A stretch of 64,000 bases of DNA, taken from positions 76,324,001 through 76,388,000 of the forward strand of contig CM059432.1 of the NCBI GenBank assembly GCA_030390025.1. The letters are read 5' to 3'. The stretch is from Squalus acanthias (Eukaryota). Shown here piece by piece: positions 60,450-64,000 of this stretch. Each line of letters starts with the position of its first letter. The first letter of the stretch is position 1. Below the pieces are notes generated by a model. The model worked only from the letters and a program-made list of their open reading frames with translations, was not told the DNA's origin and searched no databases. The translations under genes and the position numbers were made by a program.

Positions 60450-63400
60450 ATCTCATTGGGGCTCTACTTGCAGGCCCCTTGCGCTCGAGTATGACAGGGA
60501 GATGGAGTGGAGGCAGCGAAAAAGAGGACAAGATGCTCGCAGAGGGAGGAGGAGGATGGGCAGGAGGGTCACAGCAGGAGGCCTTACCTGCCTAGTGTCT
60601 GCAGGGAGCACTTCTCCTACGTGGACCTTAGTCAGGAGCCGTTTCAGCAAGGAGGTGTTCACAGAACTCTGCCACCTCCTGCAACTAGACCTACAGCCTC
60701 AGAGCAGGGTGATGACAGCTCTCCCAGTGACCATCTCTCAGTTCGCCATCCATCGCTGCATCCGGGAGGTCACAGAGGCTCTCTACTCCAGGAGAAGGGA
60801 TTTCATTGTCTTCTCTCTGAACAGAGAGAAGCAGGACGAGCACGCATGTGGCTTTGCCAGGATAGCGAGCTTCTCCATGGTGCAGGGCGCCATCGACTGC
60901 ACACACGTGGCTTTGTGGGCACCGCATACCAATCCTGAGTTGTTGTTCCGTAACGGCAAAGGCTACCACTCACTTAATGTGCAGTTGTTGTGCGACCACG
61001 CACATTGTGATGGTGAATGCCAGGTATCCTGGCGGCAGTCATGATGTCTTCATCAAGCGCCAGTCCGATGTACCAGCAATCTTCCAGCCACCATGTCAAA
61101 CCTGAGGGTGGCTGCTCAGAGACAAGGGTTATCCGCTCTGCAACTGGCTCATGACTCTCCTCCGCAACCACACCACTCGTGCCCAGCACTCGTATAATGA
61201 CAGCCATGCTGCCTTGAGGAACGTCATTGAGCAGACCATCGGGGTGCTCAAGCAATGGTTCCACTGCCTTGACCACTTGGGAGGAGCCCTCCAGTACTCG
61301 GCTGAGCAGGTGTCCCATTTTGTGGTGGTCTGCTGCATGCTCCACAACTTGGCCATCGTGAACACGCAGCCCTTGCCAGCAGGGATTGCAGGACCAACTC
61401 AGGAAGAGGAGAAGGAAGAGGAAGAGGAAGAGGAGGAGGAGGAATAGAAAGAGGAGGAGGAGAAAGGGAGGAGGCAGGCAGCATCCCCGTTCTGGACGGG
61501 CTGTCCATGAGTGAATGAAATCCCAGATCCCCGTTGCTCACCACTTCCCCAACATACCATCCCTCTGTCACGGAACATCACAGTGTCCTCCTGGGCACAA
61601 AGCTGAAATGAGAGCCACCACACTCCACACATAATTTATAAATTTATCAAATTCAAATCAAAATACCAAAGTCAACTAATCACCCTTGTGCACTCCCTTA
61701 GTGTCTGTCTTTCGTGTGCCTTTTCCTCCTCTAGTGCTCCTACGAAGTGCTCCCCCAGTGGTTGCAGCATGGCTGGTGGAAAGCTGCTGAGTTTACGTGG
61801 GGGAGACTTCAGATGGCCTTGCAGGACGACTTCGAGCAGTTCTGGCCCTAGAAGGCCCGTTTGTAGACTGCATCACCTTGGCATGGGCAGGATGACAGGC
61901 AGCAGCAAGGGCACTGGCTGAATGGCAGTGGTGGGAGTAGGAATGCTGTCATGTTGAGAGAGGACAGCAGGTTCTTGCTCCATGGAGCCACTGCCACTCC
62001 CCAGGGGCGGCGCCTCAACATTCCCAGCCATCTGTTGGAGGACAGATTGTTGGACTGCTGTGAGACCCTGCAAGCCCCTTTCCACCCAGCCATGATGGCA
62101 GCAATCGGAGCTTGCGTGTTAGCTAGCCGAGACTGCAGGAGAGCAGTCTGCTCTTCCACTGCAGCACTGAGACGTTGGGTCGCTTCCGCCTGTGCTGCAA
62201 TGGAAGCCACGACATCGCTCATCACACCCAGCACCATGTTTGGGTCCACAAGTTCTCCAATAGAGTTGTCCATCATTTCCATCCTGGAAATCATGGGCTC
62301 TAATCTCTGCGCAAAACCCTGTGCAATGTTGGAGCTGGACTCCTCCATACTCCTTGACACTGACAAGAGGCTCTCTGGCAGGTTTGTCATTGCACCAAAC
62401 ATTTCTGTGCATGCCCATCATGCCCAGTGACTCACCACGTGCAGTTCCTGCCTTTATACTACCCTCTAAAGTACGAACACTGCCATTTACTGAGCTGGTG
62501 TTTGTGAGTGTCAGATCGAGTGACGGTGCCTCTTCTTCTTAACTCTCCTCCTCTACAATGTTGGGGACAGGCTGGGCTGCTTGCAATTCTTGGGTATCTG
62601 AAAGGAGACATGCACAAGGGTTGGGTTGTGGTGAGGGGAGGGAGGAGGGGAAGCAAGATATCTATGCATACACTATCAGCAGCTTGTAAGTGAGAAGAGA
62701 TTGTGGGATGAGGGAGAGGTGGGATGTGAGAAGAAGGATTAGATATGAGCATACTGTCATCATCAGCAAGGCTTTCCACTTCCCCGCTCACCACAAGCTC
62801 TGTCACTGCCCCTCCAATTATTACTCCAGGTCCGTGAAGTTCTCAATTCTGGCTTGCCCTCAACCCATCTGCTGGTACTCCCGGTGGTTGTGCCCCACCT
62901 TGGCCTGCAGGTGAAAGGGAAGTGTGTCAGTGAGTGTGGTGCAATGTGTTTGGGTGATGTGCCTGCCATCACCAGGTTGAATAGCTGGCAGTGTGTGCAA
63001 GGTGTGAGATGTGGGTGTGGGTGTTGCAGAAGTGGTAAGTGTGTGAGGGTGAAGTGAAGCTATGATTGTGAGGTATGAGTGGTGATAGGGAGAGATTGTT
63101 GGCAGGTGAGTGATGGGGGGTGTCATGCATTGAGCAGTGTGTAAGGCAGTTGGTGGAGTATGGTATTTAATGATGCATTCACTCTCCTTGACCACTCGTG
63201 TGAGTTCATTAAACTTTTTGCAGGTCCTGGGGACACACTCGTCGCAGTAACAACTTGAGCAATCTCCTCCCAGCTCCTTCTTGTGTTCAGCCTTGAAGGC
63301 CACCTGTCCACCTGTCCCCCTGTGGGTAGAGGACGTCATGGTGTCTTTGGACCCCATGTGCCACATCAGAAAATCTTTTAGGCCTTTTCTTCAGCTGTTG

Positions 63401-63698
63401 GATCATGGCTTTGTTTAGACTGACAATGAGGTGCTTCTACAACAAAGTACCTCCCCTTTAAGTAGTGCAGAAAGCCCAGGCCATATTTTATTGGTCAGTG
63501 GACTGCACCGATATTGGCCCCCCTGTTGAGCGCTAAGCCAATCAGCAGCGCGTTTAGCGCTGAGCTCAGTGCTGCAATCATGTAAATGAGCAGGCAGCAT
63601 TAATTTTGTGTGCTGCCTGCACCATTTTGAACTGACGCAGCTAAATAGAGCTTGGCAGTAGCCCCACCCGTTTTCGGGCCTTATCCAATTTCTAGGCC
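60450..63698 (+). mobile_element. Harbinger H8 (transposase + ~60455-61515, Myb - ~61680-63400), left end missing; paralog of H4
   Basis: [40 protein letters not shown]; right end atccaatttctaggcc matches the H4 end. Confidence 0.88.
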
Positions 63699-64000
63699 AT
63701 TATATCTAAATGTGCAAAGCATTCACAACAAAATAGATGAATTAATAGGACAGATAGAAATAAATGGGTTTAATCTAATAGCCATCCCTGAGACATGGTT
63801 GCAGAGTGACCAAGGTTGGGAACAAAATATTCCAGGATACTTGACTATTAGAAGAGATAGGCATAATGGAAAAGGAGGGTGGAGGTGAGTGCATGGGGTA
63901 GCCCTGATAATAAAGGATGGGATAAAGACAGTATAGAGAAAGGATCTTAGCTCTGAAAATCAAGATGTAAATTAATCAGGGTGGGTGGAGCTAAGAAACA
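63699..64000 (+). mobile_element. CR1 ORF2 endonuclease N-terminal fragment, continuing past the window
   Basis: LYLNVQSIHNKIDEL...LIAIPETWLQ...NIPGY...RRDR..GKGG. Confidence 0.85.

Overview
Repeat-dominated eukaryotic DNA with no recognisable host protein-coding gene, most likely intergenic or deep-intronic sequence from a cartilaginous fish (shark). This is inferred from HE1/V-SINE, Deu-SINE (SacSINE1-like), shark-type CR1 LINEs and Penelope terminal repeats. About nine PIF/Harbinger DNA transposons or deletion derivatives are present, each with convergent genes for a DDE transposase and a spliced three-exon Myb/SANT partner, plus many Harbinger-type MITEs. Retroelements include several CR1 LINEs (one young copy with an uninterrupted 858-codon ORF2 running off the left edge), a second CR1/L2-group LINE family, an L2 fragment, a Gypsy RT fossil, ancient AmnSINE2-like and LF-SINE-like SINEs, and Penelope-derived inverted repeats with minimal hammerhead ribozyme cores. 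Many insertions are nested. Most short ORFs in the supplied track are shadow or antisense frames of these elements. The most notable observations are: Harbinger derivatives that keep the Myb gene but lose the transposase; a Harbinger subfamily carrying a Penelope hairpin as a passenger; a chimeric duplicated transposase; a tail-swapped HE1 SINE; and hammerhead motifs. No wholly new biological system could be demonstrated from sequence alone. Family names come from recalled consensus features, not from a database search.
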